Assembly: GCA_028534125.1 (NCBI GenBank)
Contig: CM052818.1
Location: 47,246,001-47,310,000 of the forward strand
Length of the DNA stretch: 64,000 bases
Reading direction: 5' to 3'
DNA from: Lama glama
Lineage: Eukaryota
The position numbers were made by a program, and so were the translations under genes. Below are positions 39,084 through 52,179 of the stretch, piece by piece. Within the stretch, counting starts at the first letter, position 1, and every line of letters begins with the position of its first letter. Under the pieces are notes generated by a model, which had not been told where the DNA came from, did no database searches, and saw only the letters and a program-made list of their open reading frames with translations.

Positions 39084-42000
39084 AGTGTGTCTGCTGCCCA
39101 GACCCCTTTGGAAATACTGCTTGTAATTGAGATTCCTAATTAACTAAACCATATGGTTTGATTTGTATTTAGATCTGGGTCCAACTTGGATCACATGCCA
39201 AATTCTATGCTGTTCTTAGAAAGGATGACAAATATTTTTGTGTTTCTGAGTGTTTGTCTTGTGATAGATCTTCTGACATCTCCAGTGGACAGTTTGGTTT
39301 ATCACATCACTGTGTAGCCTTTGGAATACTCTAGAATTGTCTTCTGTGACATCTGTGGCTTCTCAGTGAAGAGACAGTTATGTGTCAGAGAGCCATCAGG
39401 AGCTTGTCTGCTACACTAAGTCACAGCACAGGGACAAATAGCATGATGACCAATGGTTAATCTCTGTCACCTGCCTTTTTCAAAAAAAAATTAAAATAAA
39501 AAAATAAAAGGATGAGAATTAGAAACTGGTCTTGCCTACTCACTTGAGATAAAATGAAAGGGATATGGAAGCATTTTTCTATTTGGTATAAAATTCCTTT
39601 CTCATTTTCATTGTTCATCAACCCCATGGATAATTAATCAAAGCACCATGTTGAGAAATGTGGCAGCTTCTTCCGGCAGGTTCCCAAACGGGCATTCATT
39701 CTGACCACTCTACATAGACTAAATCCCATTGGTTTCACCACATTATCAGGAGCTCGGGAGCAAGATGGGCAAACCAACAGGCAGCAGTGATATCATAATA
39801 GAACAGTTTCTATTTGGCTCCAATTGGCCTGCTAACCCCTGCTCCAGTCTTGCCAGCTAATGACAGGCACAGTATTTCCCCCTCATCCCTCCGGTTGGAG
39901 AGACAAGGGAGAGGCACCGGGGGAATGTAGGAGTGGCTGGGTGGATGACATCAACCATATTCCATACACAGATGTCTATTCCCAAGCTACTGTGACTCTG
40001 CCAGACAAAATCTCACCGCTGTCTGTAAGTGATTACTCTGTCCAGTTTTCATCTTGAAAACAAGCTTTCGTCTTAAACAGACCAGTGGATAATTCCCAGT
40101 GGAAGGCTAAAGGTCCCGTTCTTCAGACACAAAGCCCCACTGCACCATGGTGAGAGTGGACCTTGGATTGACAGAATGGCTGCTGGTTTACTCCAAACTT
40201 CTCTCACGCTATGTTTTTCTAGGAATCTCCAGTTCAGGCCCGTTGTTTTAGCCATCACCACCTGCAACTTTTGTGCTGGACTCTTCCATCCAGAGAATTA
40301 TTCAGTAGAGTATTAAGAGGTTCTAGAAAAGATATGAAGCACCTGGGTGTTTACCCTTGAAAGCCATGAATGATATGTGAAGGCTGACATCTCAGAAACC
40401 TACAAAATTGTGAGAATCCCTTGGAGAGAGAGAAGTTTGTTGAGTTCCCGTGGCAGCAGCAGAAGGTAGAGGAGGGAGGGTATAACAGCCTGGAACTGAA
40501 GAGAATCATTGCCCACAGGCAAGGGGAGGGATGGACTGACTGGGCTCTGATTTTTTTTTTTAACTCTATCTCATGCTTCCCTGGATGGATGTTTATCTGC
40601 CTTACTATCATCACAGTAGGATAACATTGGTCAGCCCCCTCTTAGAGGTGGAAGGGTGACATTAATTCCATGCTAGACCAGAGCATGGATAGACAGTCCA
40701 CAGCGGGCAGTGCCATATAGCTGGCCAGCCTTGGCTTAGCTCCTGGGCCCCATTCTACCCCACAGAACATGCAATCACAGAGAGGCTGTTAACTTCAGAA
40801 GAAGAGCAGTGCCTGGGGTGGGCATTCCAGAAGTTCATGGAGGGGACGGAGCTGTAAGGAGAGAATCAGAGCCTGGAGTGTAATGCTGGGGACACGATTC
40901 CCTAAGACATTCCTAAACTCACCTTAGGGGAATTAACTGAAGGTATGCCTTTGCCCCATCACCAAGAAAACATTGTTAATAGTGCAACTCATAGTCCCAC
41001 GAGAATAAAAGATAAGCTCACGGGAAAACTACCTGGTCAAAGCAACATGAGAAAGAGCTAACAAATAGAACAGCTAACAGCTGAAGAATCAAAATGAACA
41101 GGACAGTAGAGAATAAGAATTTAAAATACATAAGGCTATCTGGAAGCAGGAACAAGTGTACAAGAAGACGACTTTGGCAATGGAAAATTAAGTTGTTGAA
41201 ATAACGAACTCAGTGAACAGACTTTTACAGAAGAACAGATAAAGTGGAAGAACAAATTAGCAGGGTGACTGCTGCTTTCAAACAATTCTCCCGGAATGCA
41301 TCTGAAAGCAACAGGGTAATGTGAGGATTGAGATAAAAGTTATGGAAGCTGGAAGTGACAGCACTGATTTAATAAAAATTTCCAAGACAAAAAATGAGTC
41401 ATTTGATGGAAGGAAATACTATCATTATATATTAGAATATTCACCCTATTTCCATTTTTCACAGCAATTATGAATTTGCCTTTTTTAGCATCGCATCATC
41501 TGTATCCTACCTTCGTACAAGTCAAAAGTCTTAGCTCCGTTCATCTCCTCTATCTCCCCTCTTTGTTCTATTTTTTCCAAAATTCTACATGTTTTTATTA
41601 TAACATTAATATAAAAGCAATAGATAGGAATATAAATATGAAAAATATATAGTCGATAAATTAGAGATAACTATCAAAAGAATAGAAATGAAATGAATTT
41701 TTTTTCAAACCTATGAAATAACATTCACTCTTTCCAAAAAAACACAGGAGAGAAGGAAAAAGGCACACACAGACACACACGAGGTAATGAACGTACCCCT
41801 CAGGGGGCTCACTGGAAACGCTAGTAAACAAAATACACCTCTGACAGGACCGACCCTCCCAATTAGAGAGAAGAGGCAAATAAACAAAACACACTAAGAA
41901 AAATGGAGAAGGATGTCACTCTGCACAAATGACCAAAATTGATGTATAATAATATTACAAAAGGGACTCTCAGCCAATAAATTTGAAATCTTATTGATAA

Positions 42001-43339
42001 TTAAAAGTTTTCTGAAGAAAAGCCAAAACTGGGATATATGATATCTGCATGTATATGTCTGTGGTCAATAACAACATACACTCATATTTAAATATGAATA
42101 TTACATATATACATTGTACTTACATGTAAGCGACCATGAGAGAAAATGAAATATTAGTAAGATAATTTTTTGTCAGTTGCTATGTTCTCCTAAATTCTCA
42201 AAGAGACTTTCTGTATCTAATAGACCTTGCCACTTATAGCAAGAAATGAATAAAGCTTCTCCACACATTTTGTGGGGTTTCTGAAAGCTTGATGCCGAAA
42301 CTAGACGAAGGAATTACAAGAAAAAGAAAATACACGGACCAATTTGACTTGTGAATGTAGATTTTAAAATCCTAAATAAAATACCAACTTACCAATCCTA
42401 CTGGAAGATTAAAAAACAGTGGATCATGATCAAGCTGGATTCACAGCAAGAATGAACATGAGAGTCAGTATCAGGAAATCGAGCTATAAAATTCATCACA
42501 TGGCAGTGAATGGGAAAATCACCCACATAATCACTTTAATAGAAAAGGATGCCTAAAAAAGCGTAAGGCAAAGTTTAGTACCAATTTATGATTCTTAAAA
42601 AAAATACAATTAGAAATAAAAAATGAGCTTTCTAATTTGTTAGAAATTATTTACCCACTGCAATATTACATTCAGTGGAAGATTTTGGTCACATCCACTC
42701 CAGGCACGTGGTAGCGAAAGCCCTCACCGTGTGTGAGGATGCTTAACATTTGTGCTGTGAAAGTCAGCTGAATGGGTGAACTCATTAAGAAAAGAAAAAG
42801 AAACACACGTAGAGATTAGAAAGGAATAGATGAACTCGCCATTATTCGCGGGTCGTATGATCATTTTAACAGAAATCCCAAGAGAGGTGTGGGGGGTAAT
42901 CCAATGACTCGTCAGTCGATGAGCCATTACTACCGTCATGAAGTTCAGCCAGATGGTCAGAGAGATAATTAATAAGCCAAACCCATCAGTGCCCCTCCAC
43001 ACCGACTAGAACCTTGGCACGCAGGAAATGTTATACAGAACAGCCATAGAGATACCGTGTACAATCACAAGAAACACAGTACTCAAGGACAGTTGAAAAA
43101 CAACATGGACAGAATCATCATCAAGAAAGACTAACTCAAAAGATGAGAGAGAGGGGAAGCGAGAGAGAGAGAGAGAGAGGCGGTGGGGGAGAGAGCGAGC
43201 CACATGAGCTCCCCGGCTGGATGAGTCAATGTTCGGCGCTCTGGATTTGTCATCCCACTGCCTTCTGGCCTCCATGGCTTCTGAGGAGAAATCATCTATT
43301 CATCTTACGGAGGACTGTTTGTATGTGATGAATTCTCTA

Positions 43340-43690
43340 AATATGGGTCTTTGAAGGCACTCCACCCCCGTTCTGCCTCCTCTGCTGGTTGCCAAGCTAC
43401 TGATTTTCATTGTGATTGCAGAGTATTGGTTTTCAAGGCTCCCATGGAGCTAGAGAAAGGGAGAAGGCAATAGGGCAAGTTGTAATACAACTTGCTTTTC
43501 TTACTGAGATACAGTCATTTATCTTGAATAAATGCTCCCTGGATTGCTTCAAGCCTCTGGCTAATTCCTAGGGTTTTAAAAAGATTAATTCTGACCAATT
43601 TTTTTTTTTTTTGGCCAGGGTTTCTATTGCTTTCATGAAGGAGAGAATTTCCAAAGGTTCTCACTCTGCCATTTTTGTTGCCATCATCCT
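43340..43690 (-). mobile_element. L1M 5' UTR fragment (L1MC/MD-type), antisense within the older L1
   Basis: ttgaataaatgctccctggattgcttcaagcctctggctaattcc...ttgctttcatgaaggagagaatttccaaaggttctcactctgccattt. Confidence 0.6.
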
Positions 43691-44395
43691 TGAATGAATT
43701 AATTTTAAAACTATATCAGTTTCTGTCAATGTAATGCAATTCTAAGGAAATTCTCAGCAGGTTTTTTGGAAGTTGGCAAATGGATTCAAACATTTTCAAC
43801 AGTTAAAAATTGTTAGAGAAGAAGAGAGGAGATGGGGGATAAGCCCTACCAGATAATAAGATATTTCAAAACAATCATAATTAAAACAGTATTTTGGAAC
43901 ACTAGCTGACAGGAAGAGGTGAGGAATAGGCCCAGTGACCTGCAAATGCGCTACATGCTAGAGGTGGTCACCCGACTCGGTGGTCAAAGGATGGACGTTT
44001 GGAATTGGGAAATCTGGGTCACTACATCTGAAGATCAAAGTCGGATCATTAAATCACAGCACTTCAAAAATAAACTCCAAATGTGACAAAGGCCAAAATG
44101 TGAAAGGTAAAGATAGAAAGCAAAGAAAAATTGAAAAGGAGTATCAATGTGACCTTGAGACTAGGAAGATTCTCCATAGAATTTCAAAAATAAAGGGAAA
44201 ATAAATAGCTAGGACCACATCAATATATAAATTTGTACTTAACCAAGGACGTTGGAGACACATTTGTAAAGAGGGATACTAATGGAAAAATGTTTATAAA
44301 GTCTTAAATTTGCAAAAGATTCACATCTAGACCATATAGGGTCTCTTGAAAATCAGCAATGAAAGGAAAACCCATCCAAAAAAATGACCAAAGGA

Positions 44396-44490
44396 AGTAG
44401 GTTTGGTGTAGCTCAGTGGAAGAGCGCGTACTTAGCATGCACAAGGTCCTGGCTTCAATCCCTAGTACCTCCATTAAAAAACAAAAAAAC
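44396..44490 (+). mobile_element. tRNA-Ala(AGC)-derived SINE (camelid Vic-1-like) with A-rich tail and 16-bp TSD
   Basis: ggtgtagctcagtggaagagcgcgtacttagcatgcacaaggtcctggcttcaatccctagtacctcca (44405-44473) closely follows tRNA-Ala-AGC. TSD aaaaatgaccaaagga (44380-44395) / aaaaatagccaaagga (44491-44506), 14 of 16 identical. Confidence 0.9.
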
Positions 44491-44739
44491 AAAAATAGCC
44501 AAAGGATATGAATAGTCACTTTACAGGTCTGGAAGTTTAAGTGATTAATAGATAGATAAAAGAAACTCTAAATCATTAGAGGAATGTTGCATTTATAAAG
44601 CAAATGGAGACATTCATTATAGTTTTGTGTATGGTGGCGTGTATTGATATACACATAATAAGGGACATTACTCAGTAATCTGAATATAGAAAGATCCGAA
44701 AAACTTAATATTGAATTTAAAAAAAATTGAATTTATATT

Positions 44740-44872
44740 TAATGTGGTCGTAAGTCTCAGTTTGGCAAGGGTAGGCCCAGTTTTTGGTTGTTATTTCAGA
44801 TTAATCATTACTAGGTCCCCTTTTAATTCTCAGAGTGTCCTGGCTTGGAAAATATGTTATATGGCATTGCAC
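44740..44872. mobile_element. hAT-Blackjack MITE (MER94/MER81-like)
   Basis: gtctcagtttggcaagggtaggcccagttt...ccccttttaattctcagagtgtcctggcttggaaaatatgttatatgg follows the remembered consensus end to end. Confidence 0.65.
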
Positions 44873-45689
44873 TTATTCTGTAATACCATTAATTAAATTA
44901 AAATGCAACAACCTCAGAATATATTTGTCAAGAAATGTATTGGTTTTATGAACTTTGGATTCAAAGACAAAGAATGTTCAAAAAGTATCTCTTGGGGGGC
45001 CAAATGGGTGGGGAAAGGGACAGGAAATATTTAACAATAGTGTAGGAAATCTGGGACTTGGCACTCAGGTTAGAAATTAGGAATTTTCTATGACCCCTTT
45101 CTTTCCACAGTCGATGTTTAGTTCCCAAATTACGTGAAGGGCCACCCATGATTCTTTGGATAAATCTGAGAAGGGTGATATTTTGGGATACATAATGGAG
45201 TCCCTCCCAGAATAAAATGGATCCTTTTTTAATGTATGTAGCTTGTATACAGGGCCCAAACCCATCTCAGACATTAACCAGTCTCAGCTGTGTCAGCCAA
45301 AGGTAAAGATTTTAAATGCCAAATTCTGGAAATCTCATTTTACACTAAACAAATAAGGAAAAGGGTTTAGTTGGGTCCTAGTGTAACCAGATCCTATGGC
45401 CTTCTTTTGTCCACAAAGTTGGGTGGAGGGCTGGCCCAAGGAGCTCACACTGCCTCGGGACCCTTGCCCGTTACTCAAGAGGTTGCAATAGAACAAGAAA
45501 AAGTATCTGAAATAAAAGTTTCAAAGACCTATAAGGAAAGATAAAGCTCTCAGAGGTACTGACTCCCCGTGAAAGAGGTCTGAAAAAGGCGAGTTATCAA
45601 GGCCGTGGGAAAAATTAACCCTTAGAAATGGCAACTTCCCATTAGGTAGAATATTTATTTCCCCTTAATTTTATAGGGTCTACAGCGTA

Positions 45690-45800
45690 CCTTCACTTCT
45701 TAACTCATTTAATTCTCTCAACAATCCTATGCTGTAAGTTCAGTTATTATCCCTACGTTATGATAAGGAGACTGAGCCTGGAGGAGAAGTGGCACAGAAG
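45690..45800 (-). mobile_element. MIR SINE remnant
   Basis: taactcatttaattctctcaacaatcctatg...ttattatccctacgttatgataaggagactgagcc. Confidence 0.75.
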
Positions 45801-46049
45801 CCCTCATCTCTTAAATGTCAAAGTCCCTTCGGTCCCATGGTTTCATCAATCAGGATCTGGTCGGGAATACAGAAGCCACTCTGCATTTTAGGTATGGGAA
45901 GCTCAGGCTCAGGTTTTTTTTTTTTTTTAATAAAAAAATGAAGCAAAATAAAGAAGCATGGCCTCAAACAAATAATTTGTTAAATAAGGATATTTGCAAG
46001 CATCGCATTGTCTTTATTTCTGCAGGTCTTTGGTCTACTTTTTGGAACT

Positions 46050-46388
46050 GTGGCAGGGGCAAAACTGTGTTCCATGCACTGTGCCTTTTCCTGGGATGCC
46101 AGGAGGAAGACTGCACTGCGGTTAAGAGAGGCTGTGTGGCCCAGCTCAGGCCGGCAGATCGGAGGAGGATGTGAGGTCTCCCAGTTCCAGGTCTCACCTT
46201 GACTCGCATCCTGTGCTGCCTCTTGTCCCTTTTTCCCACACTGAGCCCCTGGGTTGCAGGTGCTCCGGATGGCAGAGCTCCAAGATGAGGGAGAGCTGCG
46301 TGACCTGCGAGATCCTTTGTGTGAGAAGACACACGCCTTTGTCGTGCTGAGCCGCACAGATTTAGCTGTTTGTTACAGCAGCTACCAG
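46050..46388 (+). mobile_element. MaLR LTR (old MLT1) 3' part
   Basis: gtgagaagacacacgcctttgtcgtgctgagccgcacagatttagctgtttgttacagcagc is typical of an MLT1 3' end. Confidence 0.55.
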
Positions 46389-48282
46389 GCATTACTTCCC
46401 TTACCTTTAACGGGACACCAAGACATGCTGTCCTTTATCTTACTGAAGAACAATGACGATTGTCAGTCTATTTCTTCTACTTTCCACAAAGAGAAAAAAA
46501 CACACTAGGTAATACCAAGGGGTCCCTGACTGGTCTGTGAACTCCTTGTTGGTGGGATTTTGTGATGTTCACTTTTGTATTCTGTGCCCTCCTTTTCTCC
46601 GAGCAGAGCACTTGGCACGAGGAGGGTGGTCAGTAAATGTGTCTAAAGGAACTGATGAATGACTCCATGCATCATTATTTTAATATGTTCTCATCCAATG
46701 CAGCTTAAAATTTTTGAGTGGTAACTATGACTTGTTGATTTGGTCAAAAAATGCTAAGCAACTAAATAAACAACAAGCAACTAAAATGATATGTAAAATC
46801 TCATTTGAACAAATAAAATAAATTTACTTTCATTAATCTTAAAATTCCTGTTTTTGATTTAGCAAATAGTTCTTCACCACTAGCATTCATTGAAATTAAT
46901 ACAGCTTCCACACATATGGAGTTTTAATCACACGTCTTCCTTCTAATAATTCTGAGATGTTCTGTCCCTGACAATCTTCTAAGGTTCCAGCAGCCCTAAT
47001 GTCTGATTATACTGTGAAACCAAAGGAAGTTTATGACATTCCTGCCATCTACAAGCTTGCTCTTGAAATGAGTTAACTTCAGTTAATTTCATATATGTGT
47101 TTTGTCTTTTATAATTTAAATAGTGTGTGGATTTAAAACCATACTTTCTCTGTGTATTTTTCCCCCTCGATTTTGAACATCCCTAGAAATGGCCAGCTTA
47201 TAGTATCCACATGGTCTAATGGAAGTCAGAACAATCCTCTGCAAAATGGAACCAGAGTGGCCCATCCCTTTCCCTTAGTGACACCTTGAAGCTGTTTAGA
47301 GAAGAGAAGATATAGCTGTAATTAACCGAACAGCTATTGCAAAGCCACGTTTCCCACTGCCTGCCAGAAACTAGCAGAGCTGAACTATTCCAGGCTTTAT
47401 TTCATGCAAACAAGGCTGAATAAAAGTGACCAGCAAAATTACCATTGTCTTGTCTTTCAGCATCAATGTTTTCACAAAGAAGCACTGAGCCCACTCAGTC
47501 CATGGTTACCCACTGCTCCTCCCTGGTTCTGGCAGTTCAGTCTCTAACGAGTATCTGAGTGGAGTAGTCACGAGAGCTTCTGCTCACCTGTCTGTGCCAG
47601 CACTGTATTAGCCAGCAGGCTGGGGGTCTGGACAGGCCTGTGAGGGACCTGAAGAGGCTGAAGGAGAAACAGTGAGCGGATATATTGTGATCTCTAACAA
47701 GGCATTAATAAGTATCAGGCACTCAACAGTTTGACTCATGTGTATTACTAGTAATTGTTATGAATACCAATAGAGAAAGTATTACACACTTAAGAATATA
47801 ATAGTGCTAAAGAATTGGCCATCAAATCTCATCCTTTTGGATATTTGTAACTCCAATGACCAAGTTTTGATGGATAAAGAACCAGTTGGAATTAGGAGAT
47901 ACTGGTTCGCTTCATGCATATTTGCTGATCCCCCTCTAGGTACCACGGGCTGTAAAAGGCGTTGAAGACACAAAACCAAGTAATGCAGTCTGCCCTTAAT
48001 TGCTCAGATTTAACGTAAATTCACTCTTGAAAACTCACTGCTTCAACAAGAACAGTTTTCTGGTCTCACAGTGCTGCCCTCCTGAGATGTGACTCAGCCC
48101 AGAATAAATATGGACGCAGTTCTGAAGGATTTTACCGTTAGAAATTCTCTTCATTGTTTTCAGTAGTGCCCAGATACCCAAAAGTGAGTGTGATGGTTTA
48201 ACCTGTCCTTTTATTAAATACTGGCTTGCCTTTCCAAGCGAATAATAGAGCCTTGCAGATAGTACAAGCTTTAGGAGACTAT

Positions 48283-48700
48283 AAAAAAATGGATAGTTTA
48301 CCATTTGTGACAACATGGATGGACCTAGACTGTATAATGCTTAGTGAAATCAGTCAGACAGAGACAAATGTACGTGTTCACTCATATGTGGGATCTAAAA
48401 AAACAAAAAATAAACATTAACGAATATAACGAAACAGAAACTGACTCACAGACACAAAGAACAGACCAGAGGGGAGAGTGAGGAAAGAAAAGGCAAAAAT
48501 CAATGAAGGGAATTAAGAGGTACCAACTACTAGGTATAAAATAAAAGTTAAAAGGATGTCATGTGTACAGCACAGGATACATAGCCAATAATTTTTAATA
48601 CCTTTATAATCATTTGATGGAGCGTAACCTATAAAAAATATCAAATCAGTATGTTGTGCACTTGAAACTAATACAATATTGTAAGTCAACTACAATTAAG
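48283..48700 (+). mobile_element. L1 (L1MA9/cetartiodactyl-type) 3' end
   Basis: ccatttgtgacaacatggatggacctagac...gcttagtgaaatcagtcagacagagac...gaaactaatacaatattgtaagtcaactaca. Confidence 0.9.
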
Positions 48701-49407
48701 ACAATTACAGAGCTGCAGCAGGCAACGCTGCCTTCTCCCTGTGGTCGTAGCCATCAAAGCCATGAGCACAAAAGGAATCACAAACCTTCTAACTACAAAC
48801 AGCCGGTGATCTCTCGTGAACTCTGCCGGCCGCCGGCTGTATACTTTCTTATCTGTGAACCCCTCTTCTCCTCAATTTGCTCAGATGCCATTCTCTACAT
48901 GTTAGGGGGTTTTGTCTCTGAAATCTGACTATGGGGGAGGACACCACCTGTTGTGGTTCCAGAGCTTGGTCCACGTATTTTTGTGTTTTGGAGGCTGGAG
49001 CGCAGACAGTGGGGGCAGCAAGTCTGGATTGGAACCATGTCTCCTCCACACCAGCTGTGTGGCTTTAGGTGGGACAGTCATCCGCTCCGAGACATTCAGC
49101 TTTAGCTTTCTCATCGTTTGAAGCAAAAAATGAAAGACTGCATAGGAATGCATCCAGGGGGCATCCAGGTCCCCAGGTCAGGGCACAGTGTGCCCAGGTC
49201 TGCCAGTGGACAGCAGGGCTCCCCAGGTCCCTTCTGCTGCTCTGTAAATGTGTTCAGAGGAGCAGTCAGAAGTCCGCAGGGTCGGCGCACAGCTGACCGG
49301 ATTCCTGTTTTGAGGCCTGGACAGGATTTGTGACCTGCCTAGCGAGCCCTCTCAGTTCTGCAGACTTTTCTGTCCTTCTTCTGCAGCACCTGTCTCCTGT
49401 GCATTAC

Positions 49408-49651
49408 TGTTACCAAGCGCAGACTGGTTCTGCTCGCCACATGACAGGCTGATAAGTTAGGAGACGGGGTGTTGGGGCAAAGAATAATGACTTTATTCAG
49501 AAAGCCAGCAGACTGAGAAGATAGGAGACTAATGTCCTGGAGAACCGTCTTCCCCAAGTCAGAATTCAGGCTCCTTTTATACTAAAAAGGGGAGGGGGTG
49601 TGGCTGGTTGTTGCAAATGTCTTGGTGTCAGAATCCTTTGTGCTTGCAGCC
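49408..49651 (-). mobile_element. ERV1-class LTR 3' part (end of U3, R, U5), truncated by gap
   Basis: On the minus strand: TATAAAA (49575-49581), AATAAA (49492-49497) and terminal ...ggtaaCA at 49408, in correct LTR order. Confidence 0.8.
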
Positions 49652-50151
49652 NNNNNNNNNNNNNNNNNNNNNNNNNNNNNNNNNNNNNNNNNNNNNNNNN
49701 NNNNNNNNNNNNNNNNNNNNNNNNNNNNNNNNNNNNNNNNNNNNNNNNNNNNNNNNNNNNNNNNNNNNNNNNNNNNNNNNNNNNNNNNNNNNNNNNNNNN
49801 NNNNNNNNNNNNNNNNNNNNNNNNNNNNNNNNNNNNNNNNNNNNNNNNNNNNNNNNNNNNNNNNNNNNNNNNNNNNNNNNNNNNNNNNNNNNNNNNNNNN
49901 NNNNNNNNNNNNNNNNNNNNNNNNNNNNNNNNNNNNNNNNNNNNNNNNNNNNNNNNNNNNNNNNNNNNNNNNNNNNNNNNNNNNNNNNNNNNNNNNNNNN
50001 NNNNNNNNNNNNNNNNNNNNNNNNNNNNNNNNNNNNNNNNNNNNNNNNNNNNNNNNNNNNNNNNNNNNNNNNNNNNNNNNNNNNNNNNNNNNNNNNNNNN
50101 NNNNNNNNNNNNNNNNNNNNNNNNNNNNNNNNNNNNNNNNNNNNNNNNNNN
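49652..50151. other. Assembly gap, 500 N
   Basis: Run of exactly 500 N. Confidence 1.

Positions 50152-50183
<32 letters not shown>
50152..50183 (+). repeat. (GT)16 microsatellite at contig edge
   Basis: Direct reading; may extend into the gap. Confidence 0.97.
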
Positions 50184-50185
<2 letters not shown>

Positions 50186-50334
50186 GTACGTGAAGACTAA
50201 ATTGACTTTCAGAGGAGACTGATGAAATCATTATTTACTTCTTCTGGCAATGGGATTACAGAAGTAAAGAAAAGAGGTAAAGAAAAGAAAGATAAATAAG
50301 AGATGAAGTAGCAGTTTTCGGTTCCCTACGATAT

Positions 50335-50500
50335 ATTACTGTCTGCCAGGTGCTTTGCATAGGTCAACTCTTTAAATCTTCATAAAAAGCTATTAGTAAC
50401 CTATTTATTTCCTTTTGCAAATCAGCAAGCTGAAGCTCAAAGAGTTATGAGAAATTACTCAGTAAGCAGTAGAATTGGAATCTGTATTTGGGTAAATATG
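50335..50500 (-). mobile_element. MIR SINE
   Basis: tgccaggtgctttgcatagg...tttaaatcttcata...ttttgcaaatcagcaagctgaagctcaaagagtt. Confidence 0.7.
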
Positions 50501-51189
50501 ACTAGGTTACCACTGCAGTTAACCAACCGTTTTGAGTGCGTTGTGTTGAGTTTATCTAGATTTTTTTTAATTCATTAAAAGTTTGAGAAATCCCCTTCCA
50601 GTTACTCTTACTGTTGATTAATTGAAAGAATTTTTCCTGCCTGTACAAAACTTTGTATTTCCCAACTTGTCCATGAATTCAAAGTTATTTTGAAACATAA
50701 ATCTTAAAACTCAATAAACACTTTTTAGTTTATTCCAGGAAACCATACAGCGTAACTTTCATCACTCTGGGAAGCGATCATAAAATGCTAATTTGGTCAA
50801 TTGTACTCTATAGTATTTTTTTCCCCAGAGCTCTGTTTGGGAAATAAATTGGCACTGCATCTAATTGTACAATATTCCACTGAGAACAAAAACCAAAGAA
50901 CATCACCTAGCCCCGAAGTAAGTCTCAACACATTTGTCTTTTCTTTTTGAGTTTCATTTTGTTTACAGTTCCATTCCAGTCACCCTTCTTCTCCTTCACA
51001 CCTATATCTTTATACCCTCTGTTGGAAGAGATGAAGCTGAGACGTCGGGAAACACAGAACATTTGTCTGTTTTAGAAATCCCTTAAAAGATTTAAGTCCG
51101 AAGATTCTTCTTCCAAGACTTCTTCGTTTGAAAATGGGGTTTGATAATTTGGGGGCTCATAACTTGGTGAAGTCATTGTTAATTGGAAA

Positions 51190-51540
51190 AGTCTGAGCAG
51201 GGCGTTCCAAGCAGAGGAAAGAGTATTTGTGAAAGAATGCAGTTACGAATGTTGAGGGCATACTTGGAAACGGAAAATAGTGCAGTGTGGCTGAAGCACA
51301 GAATAAAAGGACATGAAGGGGGATGGAGAGCCTAAAGCTGTGGATGATGCAAAACTCACAAAGGACTTCAAGCAGAGAAGCCACATCATCAGCACGTGCG
51401 TTTCTAAAGGATCAGTCACTTTCAGCGGGAAGGAGGCATCCAAGGGAGGGAGACTTGGGGCAAGGAGATTAGTTTGGAAACTATTGTCTTTGCTCCCAAA
51501 CCCACAGGGGCAGGCTGCCGTATTACTCAGGCTAGATGAC
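51190..51540 (-). mobile_element. L2 remnant
   Basis: gggcgttccaagcagaggaaagagtatttgtgaaag...agtgtggctgaagcacag...ggagacttggggcaaggagattagtttggaaactattg. Confidence 0.65.
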
Positions 51541-52179
51541 ATAGAGTAAACTCCTGGTCACGATCTCGGATGGTCTACAGGAGCCAGCCTGTGACATCTT
51601 ATGCGAATCAACCCTTGCTGACCCATAGCAGGTGAGAAGCCTGGGGCAAAATGAAGAGCGCATACCACTCGACACACAAGGAAAGTCATGTTTAATTGAG
51701 AACAATTGCTGCACCTGCCAGACAAAATCTTCAGGACAAGTTTTTGCCCAGGAGTGACCGGCTTGTAAGCCCCAGTTTAGAGAAAACTGCTTAAACAGTG
51801 ACAGTGACACTCACGCGTCATGCGGGGACATGGAGGTCTCCACCCCCAGGGGCTGACCTGGAATCAGAGAGAATTAGATGTTTTTAACTCAGTTACGAAC
51901 TCTCATGACTGGCACTGAATCGGGTGAACCGGAGGAGGAAATGCTTTCAATCAGGGGAGTTCAGTTGTGAAGCCTGGATTTCTTCCCTGAAGACAACTTT
52001 TTTTTTTTTTTTTTTGCAGCACCCACAGAACTCATCTCACAGTTAAGAAGGATGGCGGATGGAAAAGTGGAGTTTCATTCACCACGAATTTGAGTTTTAA
52101 AGCACAACAGCAACACGAGGCTTCAAAAAATAAAAAGTCGTTGTTGAAGACTCAGAATATGCCAGCCATTCTTCCACAT

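Larger units (their letters stand above)
40950..44620 (+). mobile_element. Fragmented old L1 (L1ME-like): ORF1 remnant (~41000-41420) and ORF2 remnants, with nested insertions
   Basis: ORF1-like gttgaaataacgaactcagtgaacag...gaagaacaaattagc. ORF2-like ttgtgaatgtagattttaaaatcctaaataaaatacc, catgatcaagctggattc, aaaataaactccaaatg. Confidence 0.75.

Noticed and set aside
44405..44473. Functional tRNA-Ala gene
   Set aside because: Broken acceptor stem, mutated B box, A-tail and TSD indicate a retroposed SINE.
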